NCBI GenBank assembly: GCA_964016885.1
Contig: OZ024743.1
Coordinates: 243,536,001 to 243,600,000 of the forward strand
Direction: 5' to 3'
DNA: 64,000 nucleotides
From: Eledone cirrhosa
Lineage: Eukaryota
This document shows positions 36,845-51,555 of the stretch, in pieces. The notes under the pieces were generated by a model. That model had not been told where the DNA came from. It searched no databases and worked only from the letters and a program-made list of their open reading frames with translations. Each line of letters opens with the position of its first letter. Position 1 is the first letter of the stretch. A program made the translations under genes and the position numbers.

Positions 36845-39293
36845 TATGTGTATGTATGTATGTATGTTGTAAGGTGGTCGTTTTGGTGCCGTGACAAAAA
36901 TCACTCAGACCACTCTGTGAAATGGTTGCCACGATAAAAGGTACCAAGTCCACACTGTAATGTGGTCGTGTAAGTTTCACACAAAAAGCGCCCAGCACAC
37001 ACTGTGCATGTGGTTGGCGTTAGGAAGGGCATCCAGCCGTAGAAACCAAGCCAGAATCAGTTCTGTATGAGCAAACATTTCATCCAGCGGCTCCTGTCAG
37101 AAGCAACCGTGTTCAGTTGATCTGGCTGGATCCCCAAGCGAAACCACCCGAGCTCATGGATGTCATCCATCCATCTAGCTTGGGATTTACCCCTGGGTCT
37201 CCTGTCGATTGGTTTTGCCCGTAAAATCTGTTCCAGCGATCCTTTCCTGGGACATTCTAACCACATGCTCATAGTATCGGAGCTGTGATCTCTCAATTCG
37301 GATAAGTAGCGGCTCTACCTGGATTGACTCTCTGATCTCTGAGCTACGCAATCTATCAAGGAACGTTACCCTAATGCCCCTTCGGAGGACCCCATTTCAA
37401 CCGCTTGTATTCGCTATCGTTTTCTTTCGGTCATTACCCAAGGTTCATGACCATAAGGAAGGGTTGGCACGAAAAGCGAATTGAAGATAGCGATTTTGGC
37501 TTTTACACCTACCTCCCATCTGATTAACGAATATTGAGGCTGGCGCATTACTACTGTGTAGTTCCTGATAATCAAAATGATAGAATGGTCATGATTGGCA
37601 CGCATTTGATCATAGGTATCAGCTCAATCTTAGCTGACTCATAGCTTAACAACGACTGCAACCACAACCTTGTTTTTGAAGATGTAATATTTCTTATTGC
37701 TGAGGACGGATTAATACCATTACGTATATAGTTCAAGGCCCTTCATCTCTGCGTCGGTGATCAATAAAATAAGAACAGTAAATATAATGTAGTTAATTTC
37801 CTGGACAATACCCTTCACCCCGGGAAAAATACCCCTTGTTTAGTTAAATAAAGAAATCATGTATAGTTTAAACACATTTTCTTGATATATATTTATCAGT
37901 CTTCGGTTATTATCCGAGTGATCTCGTGTTTTTTTTATATAACTGGAAAACCTATTTTCTACAATCAGCTCACCAATGTCAATGGAGGTGTTGTCTAACC
38001 CCAGAATTAAAGGTAGTTATACCCTAACCATTCCATCTTTCCAGACACTATATTTATGATTACATTATCCAAAGTGTGATTTAAGAGAAATTTAGCTGCT
38101 ATTTTTAACAGGTGGAACGACTAATTGGGGGTGTTTGTTTCAAGGAAAGTGAATGAATGCTAAAGCATTTTATTAAGGAAAATAAAATATACGGATAATT
38201 TTCTAAATACATTCATCAGCAGTTTGTATTTCTTTACAATTATTTTCACTGTCATTACTTGTTTATATTCGTGGTTCCTTAGTACTTGGTTTAAAACGCA
38301 ATATACATACACTGTTAGGAAACTCTAAAAATAAATATTTCTCTCTTTTGGTTATTTTCGCTGGGAGGAGAGTAATTGTAGTAGGAGGGGTTCGCTGCGA
38401 AAATATTTTAAGTAAAAATGGTCCTTAATATTGAAAAGTTTGGGAACCACTGTTGTAAAAGTATGTGCTTTATCACTGTCTGTCAGTCCAACTCTCTTTA
38501 AGTATAATAGATACGTGATTAGAAAATAATATATATAACAAGACCTTCCTTTGAATATCTAGAAAGTGCTTTGAATTACGTGCTCTTGGAATTTGATTTA
38601 TAAACTTGTCGATAGATGGCGTTTGGCGCCAGAACTGTACTGGCCTATTTGTTATTGTTTTTCAGATTTCACTATCACCCCCACCTCTCATATTCATATG
38701 CCTGCTCCCGCCACTCTGGTGTTACTTTTACCACTGCAATACTATTACCACCATCTCTATACTATTATTTCCATCTCTATACTCTTACCACCACCACCAC
38801 TATACTATCACTACCATTACTATTGCCCTTACTACTACTTCGTACTATTGCTGTTGTATTAGAAAGTAGAGCTAGCCAAGCCAGTTACTAGCTGTGAAAC
38901 TGGAAAGCTACAACAACCAACCCGGACCATCCACACTCACCCTCTTCTTACTTGCTGTTACTGTGTATGGCACCAATACTTATACGTACACAGAAGTAGC
39001 TGTGTACACACCATACATATCTCTTTATCTCAACTGGAACACACACACACTATACGTCGAACCTAAGGTAAACCACATAACCCACCTTATTTTCAAATTT
39101 GTCCTTCTATAACCAAATCGTTATCAACTTGTTTATAATCTCCATTGATTTGACAGTTAATGTTTTTAACAATCTTTTTTTTCTCTTCGAATTCTTGTTT
39201 ATTTCTCTTTCCCTTTCATATTCACTGTGCAGTAGTGTCTGTATATGAGGCCAGTTTGTACAGATTGAGTACACATACATACCTATATATATG

Positions 39294-39339
<46 letters not shown>

Positions 39340-41026
39340 CACCATATATATACCGTTTTCCTTATTAACACAAAGCCCACAGGGTAATTATTTCATCAGA
39401 AGATGATGGATTCTGTTATGTATTTGTGTCATTGCCAACAAATTCAGCGTGGGAACAGAAATATCTCTTCTGCTTACTGTCATCAAAACACGTCTTATCT
39501 CCACTAGAGTAATCATATTTGTATGTTTACAGTTTTTTTTATAACGGATTTGAAACATTTCTAATCTTTTTTAAAAAATAATCCAACGTTGTCAATACGA
39601 CCTTTTTTATGTGTTTCTGTTTTCATATTTAATTGTCTTCTGTATGTAGTTTCGCTAATTAATTGATGAAACGTGTAATTAAACACATAGCTGCCATTTC
39701 AAAAAATGTAGGACAAATATACACATATTGTATGTGTTAGTCCCTAATATGATAGGAAGTGGTTGGGTTTGTTCGGTATTAGGGCATTTTCAAGGACATT
39801 AATGAAAATCATTAATGTTATTCTCAATTATGAAGACTATAAAAATAAACTTAATACTTTCGTTGGCATCATGTGGGTTTTTTTTTATTTTGACACTTAA
39901 ACTATCGTTATATTTATTTAGTCTATATATGTGTGGGAGTTTTTAAAAACTTTCGTTTATGTTGCGTTACATTTGCATATATTTGGGGTTTCACATTTTG
40001 TTGTATTCCCCATTGCCAGTCTTCAGCGAACATGTGACCAAGGGCGTTCCAACTGTGACCATCTCGTCTTACCTCCTCCCCCTTTTGGACAGTTTATAGG
40101 AAAGATACATCATTCAATGTGTCTTTTAGTTTTATGATGGGTAGGTTGTGATATGAGGGCTATTAGCTACTATTTCTCCAATGTAGAGCAATTTCACAGA
40201 GAGACAGAGAGGTCCCTCGGTTATTGTTACACATGTGGTTGCAGTTTGACTAGAATCTCCCTGTCCTGTTATAACAGGCCTCACTCTTTCAACCTGTCAT
40301 TCTTGAAGTGCAACTGTTATAGTTTCAATGCTTTATAAAGCTATTCGCAGTCAGTGCAACTATACACACATACATACAGAGAGAGAGAGAGAGAGAGAGA
40401 GAGTTAGTGCTCAGCCTTCCACCACATTGACTACAAATATCAAAATAAAAACTGCTCCCTCTCTCATCTAAGTTATTCCCTGAAAGTATACGTTTGTCTT
40501 GTTATACACATCAACGAACGAAGTCATACTTCTTTTAATAACAAGATACCCTCCGGTTTCATCTTGTATTTTTTAATCATTGATTTTCACAAATATCGTT
40601 AAAAGTACTTCTGTCTGTGTGTAAGTCACTTCATCACTATACGTATTTTATTTATGGATTAGATTCCTGAGAAAAACTAACACGATCTTCCTGTTTATAT
40701 ACATATATTTCATTTCATATGTATAAATATATAAAATATGTATCCGTGTGTCTGCGTTCGTTTGTCCCCCCCATAAGCAGTGTCCCACCACATCTTCATG
40801 AGACGACAGGTGAAGATCTGTGTAATAAGTACGTTACTTAACAATAATTGGTTTTAGGAAGGGCACCAGACTAGATTACTACCTTTAAAATATTGTCAAA
40901 CACATGCTAGCATGGAAAAGCGAATGTAAAAAATAATGTTGATGACAATCACAAACATACAATATATATATATAGTCCAGAAATAGCCGTCGAAACGGCT
41001 TGAGCTCTGCCATCGGAGTCATACTT

Positions 41027-41068
<42 letters not shown>

Positions 41069-42159
41069 TCTTCTTCGCTCACTTATTCCTGAGAGGGTCG
41101 TGGGGCAGAGTCCTCAAACACTCCTTCCAGCGAATCCTGTCAGAAGCAACCGTCTCCAACTGATCCGGCTGGATCCCCAAGCGAGACCAGCCAAGCCCAT
41201 GGATGTTATCCAACCATCTTGGCCAGGGTCTCCAGCGATTCTAACCACATGCCCATAGTATCGGAGCTCTGATCTCGACTCTTGTTTGGTAAATTTTCTA
41301 CAGCTGGATGCCCTTCCTATCATCAACTACATGACAGTGTACATAAAAAGTATATAGTTAACTTGTAGGGCAGTTGAAATAGAGTGGGCCCTCCCCCATT
41401 TAACGTTTATTTGTACTGGGGCTAGACTGGTCAAGTGACCATGTACGTTCCATTTTTGACTTGGTTTCTAAGGCTGGATGCCCTTCCTAATGCCAACCAC
41501 GTTAAAATATGTACTGGGAGCATTTTTCATGACCCCATCACTACAACCATACAGGATGGCCTGACTACTTTTTGTCATGGCACCAGTCTGCTGCCTTACA
41601 GGGTAAACTGGATACTGTTTATTGTGGCACCAACACTCACTTTCAGGGTGAATTAGATGCTTTTTATTGTGTCACCAGCATTGCCATTTTATTGGATGGG
41701 CTGGATGCATTTATCATAGCACCAACACTACCACCTAATTACAACACCCAGGTGCTAGTTGTGTCCTTGGCCAGACAGGATATGCATTGGTGCAAGTGAG
41801 GGTAGGCTACGTGCTTCTCGAAAGGTGAAGGGGAGGTTATCACACCATATGAGGGGAAGCATAGTCATGGAGGTGGCCTTGAAGAGAGTGTTGTGTCTGG
41901 GAGTATATTGTGGAGTGTGCCTGGCTTTCTTTGCTGACCTGAGTTGAATGAGGAAGGAGTGGAGTGAGATAAAATGAGTTGGCCGAGGAAGGGGTTGAGG
42001 TGAAGGGGGTCGTAAATAGTGAGGGAAGAGAGGAAGGACTAAGGTGAACAAAGTAGCTGGAGACTGGTGTAAGTGCAAAGCATGTTGGCTGGTAAAGGGC
42101 TAAATGTCATTTCTGCCATCCCCATGCCCAATTCATCCTATATATATATATACACACAT

Positions 42160-42660
42160 GTACAAGAAATAGTTGATATCCTCTACTACCTAGGTTATGT
42201 CATTAGCAGTGAAGGGGGATGTACTAAAAGCATAGCAGCCAAAGTGAGAATGTGGTAGAAAAAGTTTAGGGAGTTGTTACATCTTTTGGCAACTGAGGAT
42301 TTTCATAGTAGAGAGCAGGTTGTATGAAACTTGTGTATGAACTTCTGTAGACTAGAAATAAATAAATTGTTCATGCTCACTGTATGTGTAACGTTAGTGT
42401 ACATAATTGAGAGAAAAACTGGATATAAAAAGAACCAGGTATAGTGTGTAGAGAAATGACTGTGCTAGTGTGGACACGTAATGTATATGTACAGTGTCAG
42501 TACTGAGAAGGAAACTAGAAAAAGGAGACCAAGGAAAACATGGGACAAACTTCAACACGCTGAACTTCTTGACAGAGATGACTGAGAACTGTGAGATGAC
42601 CCATCTATTGGTGCAAGCATTGTGAAATGTTAATTGAGAGTGGTGAAAATGAAAGCTGGA
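42160..42660 (+). mobile_element. Degraded RTE LINE fragment
   Basis: YYLGYVISSEGGCTKSIAAKVRMW (YLG..GGC motif), followed by a GRP..TW-like region and an RTE tail. Confidence 0.65.
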
Positions 42661-44559
42661 TATATTGGGCCTCTCACCCACTAAACCCCTCTTAATTTTT
42701 CATACATTGCCATATGTACTACATATCTACCTATCACCCTTCACCCTTGGGAGGGCATCTGTTCTATTTATATTCAATCACCAGTTATCTCTTTCACCCT
42801 TATCACTCTATCACTCCATTTCTTTCACCAACAATATGATGCCTGGCTGAAGAGAAAATACATCAGATATCTCCCCATATTTGGTATCATCACCCACTTT
42901 TACTTATCCATCTTTTTTCATATCATTGAGACTCTTTGTTGATCCACCACTCATGCCCATATCTCTATCAGGTTTAAGAATGTCCAAGAAATGCCATCTG
43001 TCAATATAGCACCCCTACAACTCCAACAGGAGTTATGTGTTCATACATACACACATGTCCATAACACCATTCTCTCACCATGACATTTCTCTGTTGCTAT
43101 CCAACACTAACTATTGGCTCCTATGCCATACATACCCATTATGTTCAGCCGCCTACAAACATGTGCCTACCATTGGCCTTCTTCCTCTGCCATCCTATAT
43201 ACATTCATGTTCTAGTTCTATTTTCGTTTAACCACTTGTCCATTCGCTTCCCATCAAAACTAAACACTTATGCACTTACCTTGGACAGAAACGACAAACC
43301 TTCTAGTATTGGTTCCATGATAAAATGCACCCAGTACACTGTTAAGTGGTTGGTGTTAGAAAGGATATCCAACTGTAAAAAAATTAGAATGTATGAGCAG
43401 AATGTGGTCCTCCAACCCATGTAGAAGGGCAATAACTCTGGATGAATGCAGAGCAGATGTAAAAATGTTGAGAAGAGCATATATATCATCATCATCATCA
43501 TTTAACGTCTATTTTTACACGCTTGCATGGGTTAGATGCCGACATGTTAGGTCAGATGACTATATCTTGTTCATACAGATGTGTTTTGACTTGGTTCTTC
43601 AGCTAGATACCCTTCCGCTACTGTGTGGACTGTGTGATTTTTATTGCAGCATGAAAGTGACTATCTAACCGAGTGGACTAGGTGTTTTTACATCGTGCTA
43701 CCAATGCCTTACAGGGTAGATTGGCTGCCTTTTTTTTTTTTTTTCCGAGTCACCAGCACAATCCAAAGTGGATTGTGAACTTTTTTTCTTGTGTCACCAT
43801 GTGTGTATGTGTATATAGTATATATATATTTCAATAAGTTAAGAATATATGAAGTATGGTATTCAGTATACCAGTATTCACTTTATTATCTAAATTCATG
43901 TTACTGGCCTTTTAAAGCTCTTTTTTCTGTTGAATTGTGCAAATTATCATTAGCCAAAAATATCTTGAACTTTTTTTGCCTAAGTCTAAATGTTTAACCT
44001 GTTAGCATTTGCATTACTCTATATTTATCATTGTATTTTCACGGTAATGGCTGAATCACTCATAATTATCTCACATGATATCGAGTCTATGAGATTTTGA
44101 TACTATTTATTTTGAGAACAATATCTTAACATCAGTATGAGTGGCCTTCACAGCCGCTTTGAACAGAGGTGAGAGAATTCTGGCCAGATACTGCCGGGTT
44201 AAATCTGTTCGAAGCTAAGTAGGGTAATATCATACTGATGCACCTATTAAGGTAGAAACACACATCCATAGCTGTCTTTTACCTCTTGGCATGTAAATTC
44301 ATTCTTAATTTCCTCCTCTCATTCAGACTTCCCTTTACTAGCAGTTTTGAGTTACTTTCTCTTTTCTCTACATACAGATGCATATACATACATATGGTTG
44401 GTTAGGGATGAAAACCTAAGTACTGTACCACCTCTGTTTCTTTGGGTTTAGAGTGGAGGTAGGTAGGTTGGGGTTGTAGGAGTGGAGAGCATACTGACAG
44501 GTAGAGGCCATCCTCTATGCTTGTTTCATCTAGCTTGCAAGGGAGGGCAAGTCCTCTCT

Positions 44560-45392
44560 ATTATGGAATATCTTCTGTTTTCTCAATCTTGGATCATCTC
44601 CTTTGTGAGGTCCTGCAGCATGAAACTGGCTTTCACTACATCATCCCACGTTTTCCTAGGTTTCTTTTATTTCAAAGGTTTCTTTTATTTTAAGCACTCT
44701 GCACTGCATTATATGCATTATATTCCATACCATTGCAATTTCCTCCTGCACACTGCATCCAATCTATCTTATGCCTAGTTTTTCTCTCAGTTCATTGATG
44801 CTTCATAACTCATGTTACACATTCTTTCGGAACACGCTTGCCTTATTTCTTTCCAATATTTGTAAGTCATACAATCTGTCATTCTGAGTGGTGTCTGTTT
44901 GTAGCCAGCAGTGGCAATAGCTCCCTGAACCTTTTCCAATCGGTTCTCACTCAGGCTATGGTACTTTCAGAACACCCACCTCCACTGCTAATTTGTTTCC
45001 CCAGGCCACAGAAGCTGTCAACTCTCTCTGGGGAGTTATTTGAGCATCCGATAGGACTTGTTTCCTGTGTGCTCTTGTTGCTTACCTCTCCTGTGCATCA
45101 GCTACATACAAAGCCTACATTCTTTGCTGCCTGCGATCCCTCTACATATTTTGTGTATTCATATCTTACATTTTATACATAAGTTGGAATTTCTACCGAT
45201 TCCTTGCCTGCATCCTGAGCAAAGCTATTTCTCGGAAGGAATCAGGACCTTGTTTTCTTTTTTACTTACTAGGATGATAGTTTTTGCTAAGTTGATTCTG
45301 AAAGCCTTTTGATTCCAGATTTTTTTCCCATAACTGGAATTTCTTCTCTAATTCTGCCAGTTTCAGCTATGAGGGTTAGATCATCAAATATA
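44560..45392 (-). mobile_element. Degraded RTE reverse-transcriptase fragment
   Basis: Minus strand Y.DDLTLIAE (45370-45392), KLVD.FC..G, RPRKTWD motifs with frameshifts. Confidence 0.65.
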
Positions 45393-46005
45393 TAATATAT
45401 ATCTTGTACCATCATCATTTAACATCTGCTTTCTCTGCTGGTATAGGTTGGCTAGAACGTCACACATGAAGTCAGTACTTAATTGGAACTACTGACTTCT
45501 CAGATGAGCAAGGGGTCTGCATCTCCCTTACATATGTTCTTGCACTTTTCAGAGTGTACTGGGTGCATTTTATTGAGGCACTAGGGAAGTTGTCATACAT
45601 AACAATAAAAAACAAAACAAAACAAAATCAATAATAGTCGATTGGTTCAAGTGAAAGAGAGCAGAGTAAGGGAGATAATTGAGACAAAATGTACAGAATT
45701 TTCAGTGGTAGTGAAAACATGTAAAAAGAAAACTGAATTTAAACACACTGCTTTATTATATTATACCAAAATAAATGTTATACAAACGTTTGCTGGGACA
45801 TGGATATATATATATACACACGCGCACACACACATATCCCCTCTTCTATCACTCCTTAGTAGCTATTCTCACCATCACTATATCTCCAACCCCTCTAAAA
45901 TCCTGACACACTGGTTAATACTCCTCTATGCTATCTGAGGTCGACTCTTCCTGCTTGCTCATCACTTTGTCAAATCTTACCACACTTGTTATATACATAC
46001 ATACA

Positions 46006-46041
<36 letters not shown>

Positions 46042-47301
46042 TATATATATGTATAATAAGAAAATGAGAAGTAGTTTCAGATGTTAAAGTCTTTTATTGA
46101 TAAGGCTGTGATACATATTTCAATGATGACAGTGGTCACGCGATTCCGTGTACTCAGTGCCATGATCTCAACAGACAGCTTCTTACATAATGTTACATTC
46201 CCGCGTCATTCCTATTCAGAAAAAGTACGTTGTGTGCTTGAATTGAATTGCATCAATGTTTACCGTAAGTATATATATATATATATATATATACATACAC
46301 CCATATAATCATACTTATCTTCCTTCTCACCAAAAATTGATACTTATGAGTTAGACATCATCCTCAAACTCATCCAGAAAGGTAGGTAGTAATTCCAAAT
46401 AGAGCTGACTCCAACTAACTATCTGAACCATGCCAGTATGTATACACACACACAGAAACATGTATGTAGGTGTATTTAAATCCTGTGTTTTTTGTTTTAT
46501 ACACATACATATTTACACTTAGGGCTGACATCCACTCTAAATTGCCCCATTTTTGTGTGTGTATGTATATAAATATATATATAATATATATAATCATTGA
46601 ATAATGTCCATCTTCCGTGCTAGCATGGGTTAGACGGATTTGTTGCACTTGAGGCAAGATTGGTCAAGTGACCGTGTCTCGCTCGTATAGAACTGTATCT
46701 GGCTGGATGCCCCTCCTAACGCCAACAACATATACAGTGTGGACTGGGAGCCTTTTTGCCATGTCTTCTACACGACCACTTTACTCTGAGGATGACATGA
46801 AATTCATACATTTCATTAGAAATTCTGATAACATGTCCCAGGCACTTGGTTTATTTTAGCAATTCCTTTATTGTATTTCTATTTAAATTAATCAATGAAG
46901 AATTTTGAGGGATATGCTAAACTTATTAATTCTTTCATTACAATGATAGTAATATATATATGGAATACTTTAACCCTTTCGCATTTAAACTAGCTGTATC
47001 CGGCCAGAATTCTTTCACCTCTATCTATTCAAACCGGCTGCTCGAACTGATGTTAAGATATTGTTCCCAAAATAAATAATATCAAAATATAGATTCAATA
47101 TTATGTGAGGTAAAGTTTTTACCAATAAAATATAATAGTATATATAGAGTAATGTAAATGCTAAAGGGTTAAACTGGACGGTTTTGTTTCATAGGACTGG
47201 AGCTGCTTTTGGCCAGGTTGATGTCAGTATTGACAAAATAGAAAAAATATCATGAGATTGTTACTACCCACTTTGTTGGTAACTTTTTATTTATTGGTGA
47301 A

Positions 47302-47735
47302 AAACATGTTCAGGTGTCACCTTGTCCATGTTGTCAACATGTTCAAGTGTCACCCTGTCCATGTCAACATGTTCAGATGTCACCTTGTCCATGTTGTCAA
47401 CATGTTCAGATGTCACCTTGTTGATGTAGTTAACATGTTCAGGTGGCACTTTGTCCATGTTTTCAACATGTTCAGGTGTCACCATGTCCATGTAGTCAAC
47501 ATGTTCATGTGGCACCATGTCTATGTAGTCAACATGTCCAAGTCTCATCTTGTCCATGTAGTCAACATATTCATGTCACCATGTCCATGTTATTAACATG
47601 TTCATGTGTCACCTTGTTCAGTTGTCAACCTATTCAGCTGTCTCCCTCTCCATGTAGTTAACATGTTTAGTGTCACCATGTCCTTGTAGAAAACATGTTC
47701 ACGTATCGCCTTATATTCTCCGTGTAGTTAACAGT
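47302..47735. repeat. 33-bp minisatellite, ~13 diverged copies
   Basis: AACATGTTCAGGTGTCACCTTGTCCATGTTGTC units; 11-aa periodic ORFs on both strands. Confidence 0.92.
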
Positions 47736-49004
47736 CGAGACGAATGAATGACCCAGTGGAAATAGTTCCTCTATTCATCTCTTTTGCCATCATCATACGT
47801 CCATTTTCCAGTCTACGTGAATTTGATTGAGTTATGTTCTCGGACTAGATGGGTCAGATCACCTCTTGCTCATACATTCCATATTTTGGCATGATTTTTA
47901 TGGATAGACACTCTTCCTAATGTTAACTACCTTAAAGAATGTGCTGGATACATTTTAACGTGGCACCTGACTACAATTTAGAGTGTGTAGTGGAATCATA
48001 AGTATCAAAGTAAAATTAAAGTTTGTTGCAAATATGCAGGGTCGTTAGAGTGTAGAACAAATGCCTTGTGGTACTTGTTCTGGCTCTCAGCATATTGAGT
48101 TCAAATCCTGCTGAGGTTTTACCTTCACCTTTTCATCCTTTTGGTGTCTATAAAATAAAGTACCAGTGGAGGGTGGTAGATTGACAGAATTGTTAGAAGA
48201 TTACGGGGAGCTTGGACTATTTGTTCTGAGTTCAAAATGTGGCCTAGTTGTGTAGGAGACTTATTCCCTTTAATGTCCCTTCCTACTTTTCTTAACTCTA
48301 TTGATATTTAAAGTGTTACAGAATGAAACGGAACTGAACTCAGAGCCACGTAGTTGGGAAGCAAAATCTTTGACCTTACATGTGTGAGAAATGAAATATT
48401 TAATAATTTTCTATTGAAACATTTTTTTGTACAACATTTAATGTTGTGTCGTCTGCTCCTTTCATTAATCACGTGCTACCTCCTACCTCGACATTTATTT
48501 TCACTTATTCTCACTTTGTCATACGACGACTTGCCTTCTACTTTGCACAATATTTCGTTGGTGTGACTGCAAATAAAAACACATTGCATATTATTATTCG
48601 CCGAGGTTAACTTTGCCTTTCATCCTTACGGGGTCGATAAAATAAAGTACCAGTAATACACTGTGATAATTGCTGGCCTTGTGCCAAAAGTAGAAACAAT
48701 TATGTGTATTCCTATTCTCGAGTAAGTAAATAAATCATACTTTTATTTTTAAATGTCGTCACTGTTTCCAAGCTTCAGATTCAGTTGACATGTATGTATA
48801 AATTTCACAGCCATTAGTCTGCAGTGAAGTGTAAACCAGATGACATACATTGTGATAGTTAAACAGGCCAGTAAAGTACACCAAGTACACATTCGTACCA
48901 CACACACGTACAGGCATGGATATATACACATTTATGGTCATATACAGGCACACCTGTATAAACAGTGTTACAGCAGTTTACAATTAAGCTGCTGTTTTTG
49001 TGTG

Positions 49005-49041
<37 letters not shown>

Positions 49042-49512
49042 CGTGTGTGTGTGTTTAGCTACAGCTGAGTATGTAAATAGATCAAGCTATAAACACAGTT
49101 ACTAAGCATACATATCTACAAACTATATCTATATATAACATGGCCACGACTGTACGTGTGTATATTATGAGTGCATATTAGGCTTCCCATCCAGTGAACT
49201 TAATAGTCCACAAAAGAACTCAATATTTATAGTTGAGTCAATATATATATACATTCATTCATTTTCTTACAACATAGTTATGATGTTTCAACAAAGCAAG
49301 TGTTTGCTAAGCCCATCGCTCAGCTGAAACATTTTGAATGAAACCGTTCTAGAAGCCATTTCTATATTAAACATGATGGTTTGGTTACATTCTACTAATG
49401 TATTGAGTACCTTACTAGCTTTGGTTACCCCCGATTGAACCCGAGACTCTCTCTCTCTTACATATATAAATATTATATATAATATATTTATATATTATGT
49501 ATATTATAGATT

Positions 49513-49552
<40 letters not shown>

Positions 49553-49614
49553 ATTCTTAATTAGTTGATAATTATATATATATTCATGTGTGTATGTATG
49601 TATGCTTATAGAGG

Positions 49615-50612
49615 TAAATCAAATCCACGCGTTACCACCATCTATGAAACTTAAAGGCCAGTCAGGCTCGTGGTAATGACCGTCAAGATGAAGACATTGC
49701 CCTAGATGACTGTAAGGAAGACGCGTTGGAACAGTCACTCCACCTCGCGAGACTTGCACTTGCGGGCAGTCAACCCTGCTCCGATAGCAGGGACGTTGTC
49801 CGGGAGTCAAGAACGCTGGAAGTCTCCACTGCCACAGAGTCAACCACAAGCCTATCAGAGAGCAGCTGATACTTTGACAGTTTGCCCTCTTGGCCTGACG
49901 GGCAGCGAAGCCTGGACTAGTAGCCGAACGTACCAGGTTGCCGCTAGAGAAGGTGTCACAACGTAGCATCCCAAATGAGGGGTTTACTCCGAGAGCGAAG
50001 AGAATGGGTCCCAATGGATCGCCCTGTTGGACGCTGGTTGAAGATTGTATGACCTTGGCCGCAGTGGGGAGCATATTCGGAGACTCGTATGACAGGTAGG
50101 CAGATGCGACATGGCTGAGGCAAGCCTCGTGCAAGTGGTCGCAGCGTAGACAGTTGAAGGCATATCTCATGTCGAGTTTGACTGGAATCACTCGTCTCCA
50201 GCTCGAGAGGATAGTCGTTGACGAACTGTGTAGCTGCATGTTCCATCCCTCGCACCCGCTGGCTACGCCGACCACTAACTGCACCTGGCTGAGTTCATCG
50301 ACTAGTTCAGGTGCGACAGACTTGCAGATGACCTTGGCTGCGAGCCCCCCCCCCCCCCCCCCCCCCCCGGAAGACATTTTCACCGTCTTTTTTCCTCAGA
50401 GCGATAAGGCAGGTCCAAAAACAGGAGGCCTCGGAAATGAGGGTGGAGGCGCCTTGAATCAACCTGTCAAAGAGAGTCACAATAGCGCTCAGCTGGCGGT
50501 GTTCGGCTTCGGTAATTAGAGGGGACAAGTCTTTGAAGTGGCTATGTCGGAGACGATCGGCACCTCTGCTGTTGCTGACAAGGAAAGATCCCAGAGCAGA
50601 ATGGTTGATCAC
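49615..50612 (-). mobile_element. CRE-like non-LTR retrotransposon relic (partial RT joined to restriction-like endonuclease region)
   Basis: LIALRKKDG, LAAKV, QL.VGVASGCE, VKLDMRYAFN, VQQGDPLGPILFALG, then LIWDAT..DTF..AARQA..K motifs across frameshifts. Confidence 0.8.
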
Positions 50613-50894
50613 TATAAATATTAGTTGAGATAATCGGTTGAAGTATCCCTAGAGACGGAAAGAAAAGTGGACAGAGGCGCCTCTGTCCACTTTTTCCTGC
50701 GTGTCTGTGTACACAGATTATAGTTGTTGTACAGTGAGGTGTTATTGTGTATACAATCACAGCTGTGTAGATATATACTTGCTGCATAGAAATGTGCAGT
50801 GTTGTACATTAACTGTAGTTTGTAGTCACGCACTCATGGAGACGGTGTGAGAGAGACGAACAACCTTATGATGTAAAGGATAAATTCCCATACT

Positions 50895-51100
50895 TTAACC
50901 TTTTTGATACCAAACCGCCCCTGGTTCTGCGATACAAAATTGTTTATTATCATCTAAAAATATTTCATTAAAATTTCATATAAGATGCTTTAAGTTTTGT
51001 TCCAAACACTAGCTTAATGAAAAAGTTAGTAATATTACTAAATCCCTCTAGTCTTTTAAAAATTATTTGAAGTATTAGAAATACGGTAATGAAAGAGTAA
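50895..51100. mobile_element. piggyBac-like MITE; related copies 19855-20340 (split) and ~25017-25221 (inverted)
   Basis: TTAACCTTTTTGATACCA start; shared CTGGTTCT..GATACAAAA and GTTCCAAACAC sequence. Confidence 0.55.
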
Positions 51101-51501
51101 GTTGGGAGACAGAAACTGACACAATTGTATTGTCTGCTGTTTTATAGATTAATCGAAACCCATTTATATACTGAATCGATAAACAAGACAAATTGTAATA
51201 AAATCTGTTCGATTTCATGTCTAGCCTATTTAAACCTATTGTTTTAATTCCCTAGTTTCGCCCTTCATTCTCCCTACACTGTTTGAGAAAATACCAGCAT
51301 TTTACGTTCCATTACTAAGTTATTTACTCCATGTCATTTGGCCTGTTTGTCTTCAATGTCCGTTCCCCATTTTTGAAAATTTTATTGCGTTGTAATAATT
51401 TCCCAGTTTGGGAAACGGTTTGTGCCCTCCTCTTTCTCTCTCTCCCTCTCTTATGTTTGTGTAAGTAAAACACGCCCACACACTGACAATTATACTAGCA
51501 C

Positions 51502-51555
<54 letters not shown>

